From Eledone cirrhosa (lineage: Eukaryota), in the NCBI GenBank assembly GCA_964016885.1, contig OZ024741.1, positions 288,424,001-288,488,000 on the forward strand: DNA of 64,000 nucleotides, in the 5' to 3' direction. Positions 39,991 to 54,676 of this stretch are shown here, in pieces. The position numbers and the translations under genes were made by a program. Positions within the stretch are counted from its first letter, which is position 1. Each line of letters begins with the position of its first letter. Below the pieces are notes generated by a model that saw only the letters and a list, made by a program, of their open reading frames with translations, ran no database searches and was not told the origin of the DNA.

Positions 39991-40645
39991 TGTCTGTCTG
40001 TGTGTGTGTGTATGTGTGTGCCTGTGTGCGTGTGTGTGTGTATATACATGCATATTATATATATATATATATATATATGTTTTGTATGTATTCATGCAGC
40101 ATTACCCTATTATCCACTTGTGATTGCGAAAGATGATGTGTCAGCGTGTTAAAGGAGTTTCTTGAAGCGGCAAACCATTCTACTAGTGGTGCCAGTGATT
40201 ATCTAGACACTTAACATAGGGGTTAAGTCAATTAGAAGAACCATTGTCTTCATTTCACTTCCTTAAACACTTACCCCCTTCTTCTCTTTGCAATATTCTT
40301 TTATCGTTTCTGACCTGCATCTTATATTATCGCCATTATTAAAATAATAATCGTACTTACTTGTTATGACTATCATAATAATTATGATTAATATTATTAT
40401 TAGGATTATTTTTGCTGTTGTTGCTGTTTCTGTTCTCTTTTTCCCATTATATCCTGTCCTTGTCATATAATAAGTAGACAGGAGATTGTTGTTGCTGTAG
40501 CTCATATTGCTGTTGTTGTTGCTGCAGCTCATATTGTTGTTGTTGTTGTTGTTGTTTAACCTCCAGGTCAGCCATGTTTCAACAGGTCTTTGATCATAGA
40601 CGTTTCCAGCCAGAGACCTCCAGCTATAATAATAATAATAATAAT

Positions 40646-41023
40646 TGTTTCTACTATTGGCACAAGGCCAGCAATTACCCAGTACATTACTGGTACTTTA
40701 TTTTATCGACCTCGTAAGGATGAAAGGCAAAGTTAACCTCGGCGGGATTTGAACTCACAATGGCAAGGGCCGTAACTCTTATCAATAATACTACTACTAA
40801 TAATAATGGTTTCTTATATAGGCACAAGGCCAGCAATTTTAGGGAAGGGGAAAGTCGACTAAATCGACCCCAGTGCGTGACTGGTACTTTATTTTATCGG
40901 CTCCGTAAGGATGAAAGGCAAAGTTAACCTCGGCGGTATTTGAATTCAAATCATAAATGGCCATAACTCTATGCTGCAAAGCATGGTGTCCGACGCTCTA
41001 CCGATACTGCCAATTCACCGCCC
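40646..41023 (-). mobile_element. Two main-family SINEs in tandem (40646-40780, 40808-41023) within TAA/CTA repeats
   Basis: Same core, B-box and tail as 22460-22670. Confidence 0.85.
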
Positions 41024-41139
41024 TAATACTACTACTACTACTACTACTACTAATAAGTTTAGGATGTACAGAGAAAGGGGAGAAACAAGGGGAGAAACTG
41101 TGGTATATCCCAGTGCACAAAGCAGGCACAAAAAGTATA

Positions 41140-41630
41140 GAAGCGACGCCAGAAAAACGTAGCAAAAACCATTTATTGGCAGTTATGCGGAAACACGGCC
41201 TCGAAAGAGAAAGTGTTATACAAAATGACCACGTCAAGATTCTATGTGATTTTATGGCCCAATGTGACCATGAGATTGAATATCACAAACCAGATATTGT
41301 GGTGATTTACAAAGTTAACAATGTTTACTTCTGGATGCGGCATGTCCCACTGGCATTTAGGTTTGTGACAAAGAATTGAAGAAGGTTGATAGCTACGAAC
41401 CATTAACAGGAGAGATAAAACATTGTGGGCAATGAAAAAAGGTAGACTGATCCCAATTGTAGTAGGGGCGATTGGTATAGGAGCACCAGAATTGAAAGCT
41501 ATTTAAAGAAAAAAATGGGACTAACATTGGAGTGGGTCCCCTACAGAAAACCACCCCTTGAACTGCTAGGATACTCAGAAAAGTGCTTGACAATTGATGG
41601 TGCCACCTCAGTCCACTGATTGTGGACAGC
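41140..41630 (+). mobile_element. Decayed Dong/R4-type LINE 3' fragment
   Basis: QNDHVKILCDF...HKPDIVVI, LIPIVVGAIG, TARILRKVL. Confidence 0.65.
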
Positions 41631-41644
41631 TGGCACACACACAC

Positions 41645-41708
<64 letters not shown>

Positions 41709-41748
41709 TAAATTTGAAGACTAAAATCCTCTTCAAATTTATTATTAT

Positions 41749-41788
<40 letters not shown>

Positions 41789-41819
41789 GATCAAAAGATG
41801 GTTAAAAGGGTTCCATGTA

Positions 41820-41886
41820 TTTTATTATGCGCATTTCAAAAACAAATATCATCATGGGATGATATTTGCGTTCTCATCTGATAAAA
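41820..41886 (-). ncRNA. Hammerhead family A copy with core mutation (CAGAUGA)
   Basis: UUUUAU-CAGAUGA-GAACGCAAAUAUC...GAUAUUUGUUUUU-GAAA-UGCGCA-UA-AUAAAA. Confidence 0.6.
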
Positions 41887-42972
41887 TAGGGAGACATGAT
41901 ATGAAGCTTAAAAAACACTTGCGAGCAGTGAAGTGTTAAATCTACATATGAAAAATAAAATAAGATGGATATATGAGATTGGAAAAAAGGAAAGGAAGGG
42001 GGAAAGAAAAGGTAAGGATGAGGAAGAAAAAAATATAGATAGAAGAAAAAAAAAATAAGGAAAGGATGACGGATGAGGAGTATAAGAAGGAAGTATAAGA
42101 GAGGAGGAGAAAATGAGTGAGATAACCTTTAATACTGAGAAACACTGTCTCACAGAGAGAAATTAAAAAAACCGTTGTAAGATAATACATAATTTTAAAA
42201 AATTTTGAAATTAAAAGTTAATGAGGTTTATGAATGGTGATGTTTATGATTAAAGAAAAAGGAATTAAGAATAGTATTTATTTAAGGTTTATATATTGAA
42301 GGGTTTAATATAATGTGCGAAAAGGAATTTATTAATATGTATTATTAAAATAAGAATACTAAGGAGATAAGGTGAATGAAGAAGAGATTAAATTAATTAT
42401 GAACTTAGAGGAATTAGTTAGGGTCTAAGTTTGTTTCTATGTATTGTAACATGAAAAAGTAAATAATAGGTTTAATACGAGCACGGAAGGAGAGCAGAAA
42501 GAAGAAAATTTAAGGAAGAAAAAATATATAACGTCAAAAAAATATATGTTTACAAAATTTACTAATGGTAATATTAGTATATATTAAAAATATAGTTTGT
42601 ATGGCCAAGAATATAAGGAAAATGCTATAGTGAGTAATAATATGAGTTAAGAAGTAATTGAGAAGTAAAAGTTACAGATTAAAGATTAGAAATTAAAAAA
42701 GAAAAAAGGAATAAAGGATAAAAAAGAAGAAAAATAGGGGACCGCTAACGACATAGAATGAGTAAATTGTATAATATAATATACTGAAATAAGGTAGAAA
42801 GATGGGTATATTTGTAAAAGATATAAAAGCGTTTGAGAAAAGAAGATTTTAAACTAATTAGGTGGTGAGATATTAGCTGTATACTTTATGGAAAGTTCTA
42901 TGGGATTTATGAAAAGCAGAGCGAAAATAAATCCGTACGTCTATTTATTATAGAATTAAAATTAGAGATAAT

Positions 42973-43095
42973 TGTTTCTACTGTGGCACAAGGCCATCAA
43001 ATACCCAGTACATTATTGGTACTCTATTTTATCGACTCCGGAAGGATGAAAGGCAAAGTTTATCTCGGCGGGATTTGAACTCAGACCGCAAAGGG
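42973..43095 (-). mobile_element. Main-family SINE inserted in the PLE remnant
   Basis: Core and tail match 40646-40780. Confidence 0.8.
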
Positions 43096-43529
43096 ACAGA
43101 GATAATGGTAAATTTCTCGGCTAGGCAGAGATTACATGTTCTAGATAGGGAAGAATTCTGGTAAGGAGAGGCATTGCAAACCTTCCTCCAAGAAATGTTG
43201 TGGTTAATATTTTTGTCTTTTAAGGACCATATGAGTTCTGAGAGTGCCGTGTTAGTTCTTTTGAGTTGGTATTTAAAAGACGAATTATGATTAAAAAATC
43301 TTGATTTAAAGGAACATACCTCACTCATTTCTCCTCCTCTCTCATCCTCCCTTCTTATACTCCTCCCCCGTCATCCTTTATTTTCTTTCTTCCTCTTCCT
43401 TACCTTTTCCTTCCCCCTTCCTTCTTTTTTTCCCCAATCTCATATATCCATCTTATTTTATTTTTCATATGTAGATTTAACACTTCACTGCACGCAAGTG
43501 TTTTTTAAGCTTCATATCATGTCTCCCTA

Positions 43530-43596
43530 TTTTATCTGATGAGAACGCAAATATCATCCCAGGATGATATTTGTTTTTAAAATGCGCATAATAAAA
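43530..43596 (+). ncRNA. Hammerhead family A copy with core mutation (GAAA>AAAA)
   Basis: UUUUAU-CUGAUGA-GAACGCAAAUAUC...GAUAUUUGUUUUU-AAAA-UGCGCA-UA-AUAAAA. Confidence 0.6.
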
Positions 43597-43836
43597 TACA
43601 TGAAACTCTTTTAACCATCTTTTGATCTTATATTATTTATACTCCAGTCCTATAAACTGTTGAGTGCTACTTATCCGATATTTGCATTGCTTTATTGTGC
43701 TACAATAAAACTCACCTCCTACATATATATATATATATAAACTATTCATGAAGGGAGACTGTCCATCTCTTGTTTATGTCTCCTCACTTTCTAACACCGG
43801 TTATCAGTAACTACACAGCCCCTCCTCTCAATCCAT

Positions 43837-43869
<33 letters not shown>

Positions 43870-44007
43870 GAGAGAGAGAAAGATGTATGTATATATCTAT
43901 ACTGAGTTCTTTTTTTCTAGTTATTACAAACCAAATCGTACTTACATATATCTCTGCGGGGTGTGTATGTAAACATTGAGTTAAAATTCCACATGTATAT
44001 GTATGAA

Positions 44008-44260
44008 GGCGCGTGGTTTAGTGGTTAGGCGGTCAGTTTACTATTGTGAGGTCGTGGGTTTGATTCATTGTCCAGGAGACGCGTTGTGTCATTAAGCAAG
44101 GCGCTTTATTTCACGATGCCCCAGTGAACTTAGCTGCCAAAAATGTGTTTTACGTACCTGTAATTGAAGGATTGTCAAACACTTTTACACTAAATTTCTC
44201 CGATAACAACTTTAAGGTAACACTTACACGTTGGTTGAATCAATTTGAGCACTCGTCTTC
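44008..44260 (+). mobile_element. tRNA-derived SINE, second family
   Basis: GGCGCGTGGTTTAGTGGTTAGG A-box, GGGTTTGATTC B-box-like, AAGCAAGGCGCTTTATTTCAC core. Confidence 0.7.
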
Positions 44261-44306
44261 GCTAATAACGGTGGCATAACAAACGCAACCACCCATACAT
44301 ATGTAG

Positions 44307-44350
<44 letters not shown>

Positions 44351-44958
44351 GTATATATATATATATATATATGCATGTTTGTATATATATATATATATAT
44401 ACTATTTTTGAAACCGTGAATGGTAGTGAGTTGGCAGAGTTATTAGGGCATCGGACAAATGCTTACCCCTATTTCTTCTATTTCTCTCTCTGTCACCCTT
44501 TAGCTCTATTTTCTCACAATCTCACTCTTGTTTTTCTTTTTACCTATATATTCCTTACCCTCTCTCCTCCCTATATATCTCTCACTACCCCTCTTTATAT
44601 CTCTCTTTACCACCTCCCTTTCTCGTGCCTTTTTTTTCCAAAATGTCTTACAATCTGTGCTGCCCTTTTCTCCTCTTCTTCCCTGTTTATCTCTGTCCCT
44701 TCATTCTCTCTTTCCACCCTCCCTCCATTCTCTCCTTTCCTCTCCCTGTATACACCCTCGCCTCAAATCTCTTCTATTCTTCTCATTTTCTTATTTCCAT
44801 CCAATATTAAGATCAGTTCGTTGATTTTTACGACAAACCAACTGCAGCGAGGTGTTTCCTAGCCAAACATATATAAAGAGAATTTCATAAAAAAAGTTAA
44901 TAAAAACATTGAAAACTCTCTAGCAAAAAGTGGGAAAAGAGGAAAGGTATATGTACAT

Positions 44959-45033
<75 letters not shown>

Positions 45034-45087
45034 GTGCGTGTGCGATCATCAGCATCATCGCTTAACGTCTATTTTTCCACGCGAGCA

Positions 45088-45136
<49 letters not shown>

Positions 45137-45576
45137 CGTGATGATAATGATGATGATGAGGATGAAGAAGAAAAAAGTAGGAGTAAAAATGAAGAACAGT
45201 GAGAAAGAAAAGAAGCAGTAAGAGAAGGAAGAAAAGCAAAAATGAAAGACAGAGAAGAGCGAAAATTGAGATAGATAGAAAATGGCGGAAAATTGCCAGA
45301 GAAAGTTTAGCATTAATAAAGAAAATGACACAAGGAGTACTGATTTTGTGAATGTTTACGATCTTTAGTAAATAACAGCAGGATATGTCATTGCTATGTT
45401 ATTACAGCTCAATAAATTCAGGTGACTATGAGACAAAGAAATGGGGAATCGTTTGTTTTACGTTTCTTCATATTTTGTTGGCTTCTCTCTCTCTCACTTT
45501 CTTACTTCCCATACATCCTCTCTGACTCTCTGTCTCTTTACCCCCAGTCACATCCTCTCTCACTCTCCATTCTCTC

Positions 45577-45661
<85 letters not shown>

Positions 45662-45844
45662 TATATAAAATATATATATATATATATGTTCAATATTCAT
45701 ATGTATTATACAAATGCAAAGATATATAAATAAATAAATACATATGCATATGCATATGTATGTATATGTATAAATACATATATATTCATATATTTAAAAC
45801 ATACACATAAATACACACACACGCTCTCTCTCTCTCTCTCTCTT

Positions 45845-45876
<32 letters not shown>

Positions 45877-45888
45877 TACATATATATT

Positions 45889-45923
<35 letters not shown>

Positions 45924-46199
45924 TGGGCTGATACATCCATATATGTACGGTCACACACTTTTACGCTTGATAATATGGCTGCAAATATATATGATCCTGC
46001 ATTTATGCAAACTTATTTGTGTGCAGTTATACCTATATAGGCATAGGTGTGTATATGCGCAACTATGAATCTATATATGTGACACATACACTTACTCACT
46101 CACACACACACACACACACACACATGTGCTATATCTCTGCATACATCAATATAGGTATGTTTTAATAAAATATTGATGCATATATATATATATATATAT

Positions 46200-46369
46200 A
46201 TAACGAAGGAAGTGTGGTAAGGAACCGTGTGGACCATAACGCACCAGAGTACTCAATATTTAGGGTAGTAGAGTGGGTAATAGGAAAAGCCGTTTCGACG
46301 GTTATTTCTGGACAGAAATAGGCGTCGAAACGGCTTGAGCTCTGCCGTTGAGGTCTTGAACATTTCCCT
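46200..46369. mobile_element. Solo palindromic pLTR piece of the 15378 Penelope family
   Basis: Matches 15378-15500 and the reverse complement of 57800-57996; between (TA)n. Confidence 0.8.
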
Positions 46370-46920
46370 ATATATATATATATATATATATATACCTTAG
46401 CACAATTGCAGGCATCAGTGGTCCTTCGTTGATTTCGACGATGGGTGTTCTAATTTTTCCAGAAACGGAACTCTCTGCCTTCGATATTACGTATAAATGT
46501 CTAAGAATTTCAGAGACACGTGTACTACTAAGATAATTCTCAATCAGAGGAATGTAGAGGGACAAAGTATATGAAATGGTTGACTCTTTCAATTACAGTT
46601 ATTGTCGATCCGATGGGCTGCCGAATAGTTTCCGTCAACCAAATTTTCCTCATAAGGCATGGGTCGACATGAGGTTGTGGTAAGTTATACTTGCTTGAGA
46701 TATCACGCAGGAGGATCGAACCCGTGACCTAGTGATTTTATGTGTGTATACATATATATGTATACACATGATCTATCAATCTACATACATGGAAGCTACC
46801 ACTTATTGGCAATGCACAGGACTAATCAGCATAGGTGACCGGGGAACCTTAACTGCCCATGTCTATAAACCATACACTCACGCACGCACCCACACAGACA
46901 CACGCACACATACACACATA

Positions 46921-47001
<81 letters not shown>

Positions 47002-47009
47002 ATCCGTAA

Positions 47010-47312
47010 TTCCAGATGGAGTCGTAGGAGGGCCATATTGATATATTGCGTTTCTTGGCCATTTTAAAACCTGGCAGAGCCCATCTCTCCAGTTTTAAAC
47101 ACAGTAGATTTAGTCTAGAGAAGTATAGAGTGAAGAAGGGAGAAAGTGGCAGAACCGATCCCAGTATTAGACTGGTACTATGTTTTTATCGACCTCCAAA
47201 GGATGACAGGCAAATTTGATCTCGATGAAATTTGAACTCAGAGCGCAAAGAGCCTAAAGGAATACGGCAAAGTTTTTTATTTAACGTTCTAATGACGCGG
47301 CCGATTAGCTGC
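47010..47312 (-). mobile_element. SINE variant: main-family head/core with an alternative 3' tail
   Basis: Homologous end to end with 52590-52890. Confidence 0.7.
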
Positions 47313-47336
47313 ACTACATACATACATACATACATA

Positions 47337-49030
47337 AGGATTGCAGCGTCTTCACAGACAATTGCTGTTTCTTATTGTTTCTTCATTGTCACCTCATCCG
47401 CGTCCATGATTTTGTAGATGAATTTTTAAACCAGCTGCATATCTGCATGGTTTAAAACACAGGTGACAGAAGAGAGTTGTGCTTTCCATGAGATTGGTGG
47501 AGTCATTTTATGGGATACAATCTTTATGCACCACCATGTGTTTGTTTAGTCCAGAACTAGTTCTACATATTTTGCTACATATCACGCACGTTGTTTCACC
47601 AGGTCTTTGTTGAGTTGTGTTGCGGGTGGATGTTCTTTAATGTGACTTCAAGTGATGAACGCTTCCAGCTTTGACAGAATGTTCAGGTCCAACTACCGAT
47701 ATCTTCATCAAGACTATGAGCATAAACCATCCGGAGCTGACACTTCAGTTGTGTATGTTCTAGGGGACACTTTAAAACATTTTGCAACTGCCCTTTATGC
47801 ACTTTCTCTACTCAGCCATATTTAGAGCTATCTCATTTCAGCTGTCTATATCAAATGCCAGCTATTTGAGGTTGTTCTTGATGCTGTCTTTGTATCTCAA
47901 TTTCGGTTTGTGTTGAGGCCTTTTTCCAAGATGGAACTCACCGTAAACGAGTTGCTTTGGGACCGTGTTATCTTTCATGCGGACGATATGTTCTGCCCTG
48001 CGCATTTGAGAAGATGTTACAAGAGACTCAATGCTTATACATTCCGCTTTGACTGGGACATCGATATCAGGAGTTCTGTCTTTACCACTTGATGCTGAAT
48101 ATTCGCCTTAGACATTTCTGCTGAAAACGCTCAAGCGATTTGATGTGTTTACGGGATAGCGTCCAAATTTCGGGGGAGTATAAAAGAGCAGACAGAACAC
48201 ATGACTTACACACGCTCACCTCGGTATTGGTGGTAATGTGGCAATTAGCCCAAACTCTCTTTTCCAATTTTCCGAAAGCAACAGGCCCTCTGGATGCGCA
48301 AATGCATTTCAGCGTCCTAGGAGCGATCATTTCACAGTGTACAACCCAAGTAGACAAATGTATCTACTACGGCCAACCTGGTTCCACCAACCATGATATT
48401 GGGTTCAGTATATGGTCCTCCAGGAGCAGGGTTTTTTTAAAGGCTGATTGAAAGCCCAAATGCTGTACACGAAGATGAGAAACGGTCCAAAATGTGCTGC
48501 ATGTCAGCTTCTGCGTGTGCTAGGAAGTCGGGTCTCTGATCATAGCTTGAAAAGGTTTTGTTTTGGCATTAAACAAAGGGATACCACGGTAGTTGCCACA
48601 TATCAATTTTTCACCTTTGCCTTTGTATAACGATAACAAAATACCGTTGACCGATCCTGTGGGACCGGGGTCTCATTCCAGCAAACAGTGATGAAATTGT
48701 TTATAGCTTCTGTTACATTAAGGCTACTGACTTTCAGCAGTTCCACATGGATACCATCTGGACTTGGTGCTTTGTCGGGGTTGACCGGTTTGATTGCCAG
48801 CTTTATCTCATTAGCAGGGGAAGTCGATCCATACGGTGCACTGTTTCACATTGAGGAAGACCCTTTATCACTCCAAAATTGACTGCTGATGGGTTGTCAA
48901 ACAGGTCAGTAAAGTGTTCCTCCCAACGCTGATGGATTTTGGTGGCTCCTTGATGATGATATTGGCACCGTCTTTAGATTTCAGAGGAGTTACTGAGGAT
49001 GCTGGTGGGCTGAAGAGTTGGCGTATCAAT
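47337..49030 (-). mobile_element. Decayed, internally deleted RTE (BovB-like) LINE flanked by (CATA)n
   Basis: PLKSKDG, VLSALLYSPEIWTL...LERFQQKCLRRIFSIKW, APSPDGIH; many frameshifts. Confidence 0.8.
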
Positions 49031-49047
49031 GAGTAAATGAGTAAAAT

Positions 49048-49757
49048 GACATACATACACAGACACATACATACATACATACATTCATACATACATACAT
49101 ACATACATACATACATACATACATACATACATTCATACATACATACATTCATTCATACATACATACATACATACATACATACATACATACATTCATTCAT
49201 ACATAAATATATCATACATACATAATACATACATACATACATACATACACACACACAATGAGTCAATGAGTAAATGAGTAAAATGACATACATACACAGA
49301 CACATACATACATACAGTCATTCATACATACATACATACACACACACATGCATACATACATTCATTCATTCATACATACATACATACATTCATACATACA
49401 TACATACATACATACATACACACACACATACATACATACATACACTCATACATACATTCATACATACATACACACACACATACATACATTCATTCATACA
49501 TACATACATCATACATACATAATACATACATACATACATTCATACATACACACACATACATACATACATTCATTCATACATACATACATACACACATACA
49601 TACATACGTACATTCATTCATACATACATACATCATACATACATACATATATTCATACATACATACATACACACACACATACATACATACATACATACAT
49701 ACATACATACATACATACATTCATTCATACATACATCATACATACATACATACATTC
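49048..49757. repeat. (CATA)n/(CATT)n microsatellite field with a duplicated junction (49026 and 49263)
   Basis: TCAATGAGTAAATGAGTAAAATGACATACATACACAGAC occurs twice. Confidence 0.9.
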
Positions 49758-50877
49758 ATACACATCCACACATACAATAACATCCATATCTACACATGTA
49801 TGCATGCAGACATACATACATATCTTCCTAGTTGATGTTGTGTAAATTCCAATGAGAGAGTCTTGTGTCTATGTTAGAAATCGACTCTCTCTCTATTGGT
49901 AAAGCTTTGTGAAATTATAAAACCAGAAGAACATACATATTGGCTCCCACTTTGAAGGATACGCTTTTGCAATCCAAGAACAGGAGATTAACACGAAATA
50001 CCTGATTCACAAAAGAGATAGAGATGCAGGCAAAACACCTAGATGTGATAACAAGTGCAGACTCTGCAGAACTAACATCGAGGATATCACCCAAGTCATC
50101 AGCAGCTGTCCAAAGATGTCATCACGGTACTATCTACCTATGAGGCATGATGTAGTGGCCAAAACACTGTACAATGCAGTTCGTAAAAAAGATAGCCCCG
50201 ATAATAAACACATTAAAAGCTACAGCAATGTGGAAGACATCCATGTACATAATATGAAAGAGACTGGTGGAATGTTCCAGTAAAAACCCCAATAAAATGC
50301 AGGCATAACAGACCAGATATTATGATATGGGACAGGGAGAAGAAAACATGCACAGTAGTGGAAATTAGCTGCCCAGCAGATGCCAATATAATATCAAAGA
50401 TTAGTGAAAAGGAGAATTTTTATGCAGAACTGATGAGAAATCTGCAGATACTCCACCCTGATTACACCTTCAGATTTATGCCTGTGATTATTGGGACACT
50501 GGGATATGTTAGTAATTGTCTCAATACAAATCTTGAGAAGCTAGGCTTCACAGGAACAGAAAGAACACAACTTGTTAGGAAATTACAAGTACAATCCATT
50601 AATGGAACAGTAAAAATATGTAAAACATTCCAAAAATTTTGCATCTAATAACTGCTAATACACATGTACAGATGCAAAGTATATACACATACACACATAC
50701 AACTCAAAACATACACATCCACACATACAATAACATCCACATCTACACATGCATGTGGACATACATATCTACCTAGTTGATGTTGTGTAAATTCCAATGA
50801 GAGAGTCTTGTGTCTATGTTAGAAACCGACTCTCTCTCTATTGGGAAAAGATTTGTGAAATTATAAAACCAGAAGAA
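49758..50877 (+). mobile_element. Two tandem 5'-truncated Dong/R4-type LINEs ending in (CATA)n (3' UTR only 49758-49931; CCHC + REL + UTR 49940-50877)
   Basis: EGYAFAIQEQEINT, KCRLC...VISSC, RHDVVA, HNRPDIMIWD...EISCP; duplicated UTR ending AAACCAGAAGAA-CATA. Confidence 0.88.
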
Positions 50878-51188
50878 CATACATACATACATACATCATA
50901 CATACATACATAATACATACATACATACACGTATATGTTAATGTATGTATGTATACATTTTAGAATTTATACATGCACGTGTATGTAAGTATGTGTGCAA
51001 GTATATTTAGTGTATTATTTGTGTGTATGAATGTATGAATGAACGTTAGCGTTGCCAGGCTGGAGTGAGGAGGGTGGGAGGGTGTCGTGAATTAATAGAT
51101 TATTGTGGTTAATATTGTTATGGGAAGAGGAAAGAGAATATGGAGATGGGGCCGAGGATTTTTGAAGGTGAGAGGGTTAACGAGGACC

Positions 51189-51189
<1 letters not shown>

Positions 51190-51267
<78 letters not shown>

Positions 51268-51476
51268 AAAAGGGAGAGAGAAAAAGAATGATGAAGAGAA
51301 AAGTGGAGAGAAATGGGTAAAAATTAGAGACAAAGTGAGAGGGGGGGGCGAAGGAGAGAGCGAGTGAGAGAGAAGGGGGAGTGAGAGTGAGTGTGTGTGC
51401 GTGTGACATTTGGATAGATTAACAGGTATACAGACATACAGACATTCAGTGATAGAGATAGAAAGAAAGAAAGGTG

Positions 51477-51530
<54 letters not shown>

Positions 51531-51800
51531 GAGAGAGAAAGAATGTGTGAGATGTAGATATATTAACAGGCAGACAGACATACTGACATTCAGTGATAGA
51601 GTGATAGAGATAGAAAGAAAAGTAGAGAGAGAGAGAGAGAGAGAGAACGTGTGAGATGCAGATATATTAACAGGCAGACAGACATACTGACAAACGCTGT
51701 GAGAGAGACAGACAGACAGACATACTGACAAACGCTGTGAGAGAGACAGACAGACATACTGACAAACGCTGTGAGAGAGACAGACAGACATACTGACAGA
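51190..51800. repeat. (GA)n, (GATA)n and a GACAGACATACTGACAAACGCTGTGAGAGA minisatellite
   Basis: Seen directly. Confidence 0.85.
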
Positions 51801-52484
51801 GACAAATAAGATATTTTGTCGTTGGTAATTATTTATAAAACATCACGTGATCAACACCATAATTAGACGGAGATCTAACGTCATCTGATTTCTAACTATC
51901 TGGCAATAGTAACACACAAACACATACACACATGCATACACACACGCATACACACATACATTCACATACACTCACACATACATACACTCATACACTCACA
52001 CATACATACACTCATACATACATACATATACACACACACACACACACATACACACATGCATACGTACACGCATACACATGCATTCACATGCACTCACACA
52101 TATGCATACGTACACACTTACACACATATACTCATGCACTGACACTTACATGCACTCATACACACATACATACAGACATAAACACACACACATACACATA
52201 TGCATACGTACACACACATACACATATACACATACACTCACACATACATACACACATACGCACATGCATATATATATACATACAAACACACACATACACA
52301 CACATACACGCAAACATACACATACACAAACACACATACACACACTAATAGACACACATACACACACACACACACTCGTGCACACACTTGCTCACAGACA
52401 TATACATACTGACATAGATATGCAGACATATGCAAAAGCACATACGAAGACACACACACGCGCACACACACACACACACATATA

Positions 52485-52563
52485 CTGGGTGTCCCCCCAA
52501 AATGTATACACACTTCGATGAGAATACCATTGAAGTATGTATACAATTTTGGGGGACAATCTG
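52485..52563. mobile_element. Tiny Tc1/mariner-type MITE
   Basis: TA-CTGGGTGTCCCCCCAAAATGTATACACACTTC ... GAAGTATGTATACAATTTTGGGGGACAATCTG-TA. Confidence 0.65.
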
Positions 52564-52589
52564 TATATGTATGTATGATCCTGTAACTC

Positions 52590-52890
52590 CCAATAGGGTC
52601 GTATGTGCGCCGTATTGACATACGGCGTTTCTTGGGCATTTTTAAGCCTGGCGGAGCCCATCACTCTCCAGACCTGAGTACAGTAGATTTATTCCAGAGA
52701 AAGATAGAAAGTGAGAGAGAGAGAGAGAGAGAGGAAGAGCCTACCCCAGTACTAGACTGGTACTTTTTTTTATCGCCCTCGAAAGGATGGAAGGCAAAGT
52801 TAACCTCAGCAGGATTTGAACTCAGAGAGCTGAAACGAATACCATAAAGCATTCTATCCAACGTTCTAACGACTCTGCCAGTTGGCCGCC
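52590..52890 (-). mobile_element. SINE variant with an alternative 3' tail
   Basis: B-box GAGTTCAAATCC and main core; tail shared only with 47010-47150. Confidence 0.75.
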
Positions 52891-52898
52891 TATAATAA

Positions 52899-52998
<100 letters not shown>

Positions 52999-53253
52999 TC
53001 ATCATCATCATTATCATCATCATCATTTTACGTCCGCTTTTCCCTGCTTGCAAACATCACGGGCGCTCTATCTTAAAATTATTTTTGAAAAGCATTAGAA
53101 ATGCGCAACCGGTAAAAACTTAAAACTAAAACTGAATACTAACCAATACTTATTACTAATTTTTACTTATTCCTAATTAAACTATTTTTCACTGGGAACA
53201 ATTTGTCACCATTTTCTTTTCCTTTTACTAATATTTCACCTCTATTCTTTTAA

Positions 53254-53286
<33 letters not shown>

Positions 53287-53292
53287 TATATA

Positions 53293-53907
<615 letters not shown>

Positions 53908-54124
53908 GTTAAAAATGTACATCTACATATGCATACTGAAATACTAGTGTGTATATGAATACACACACGTATACATATGTAGGTGTACCAAGTCTTTCAC
54001 TGGTCGCTTTACAGTGAGCGGCCCAGCTATTCTGTATGTAAACACACAGACAAACCGGTTTTTAGAGTCATACTGGTTTTTCGGGGGAACACCTTCCCCC
54101 TATTCTCCAGAAAGCCAGACAAGG

Positions 54125-54169
54125 AATATTGAACTAGTTTCGTTGTTGTTACAACTCATCAGCAATATT
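54125..54169 (-). ncRNA. Minimal type I hammerhead ribozyme, family C
   Basis: Reverse complement of 54632-54676. Confidence 0.88.
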
Positions 54170-54631
54170 TACCTATCTACCGGCCTTTCTGGAGAATTGT
54201 AAAAGCACATATCGTTATATGCTTTTTCTATGAAAATTAGTAGTGGGCAGACTAATTTGCATAGAGTGTGAGTACGCACCGGTTCAGCGGAGACGATAAA
54301 AACAAATAACGAAACGAAATTAAATTTCGTTTCGTTTGTAACTCACTTTTGTATGACTGACGCTTAAACAATTAAGTTAAAAATGTACATCTACATATGC
54401 ATACTGAAATACTAGTGTGTATATGAATACACACACGTATACATATGTAGGTGTACCAAGTCTTTCACTGGTCACTTTACAGTGAGCGGCCCAGCTATTC
54501 TGTATGTAAACCGCTGAACCGGTGCGTACTCACACTCTATGCAAATTAGTCTGCCCACTACTAATTTTCATAGAAAAAGCATATAACGATATGTGCTTTT
54601 ACAATTCTCCAGAAAGGCCGGTAGATAGGTA

Positions 54632-54676
54632 AATATTGCTGATGAGTTGTAACAACAACGAAACTAGTTCAATATT
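54632..54676 (+). ncRNA. Minimal type I hammerhead ribozyme, family C
   Basis: AAUAUUG-CUGAUGA-GUUGU AACA ACAAC-GAAA-CUAG-UU-CAAUAUU: 7-bp stem I, 5-bp stem II, palindromic stem III. Confidence 0.88.

Larger units (their letters stand above)
41788..43722 (-). mobile_element. Penelope-like element remnant: GIY-YIG C-terminus, AT-rich 3' region and inverted pair of family A pLTRs
   Basis: 41790-42120 is inverted relative to 43320-43626; ORF 43029..43328 FKSRFFNHNSSF...LSELIWSLKD...CNLCLAEK is homologous to 17367..17801. Confidence 0.85.
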
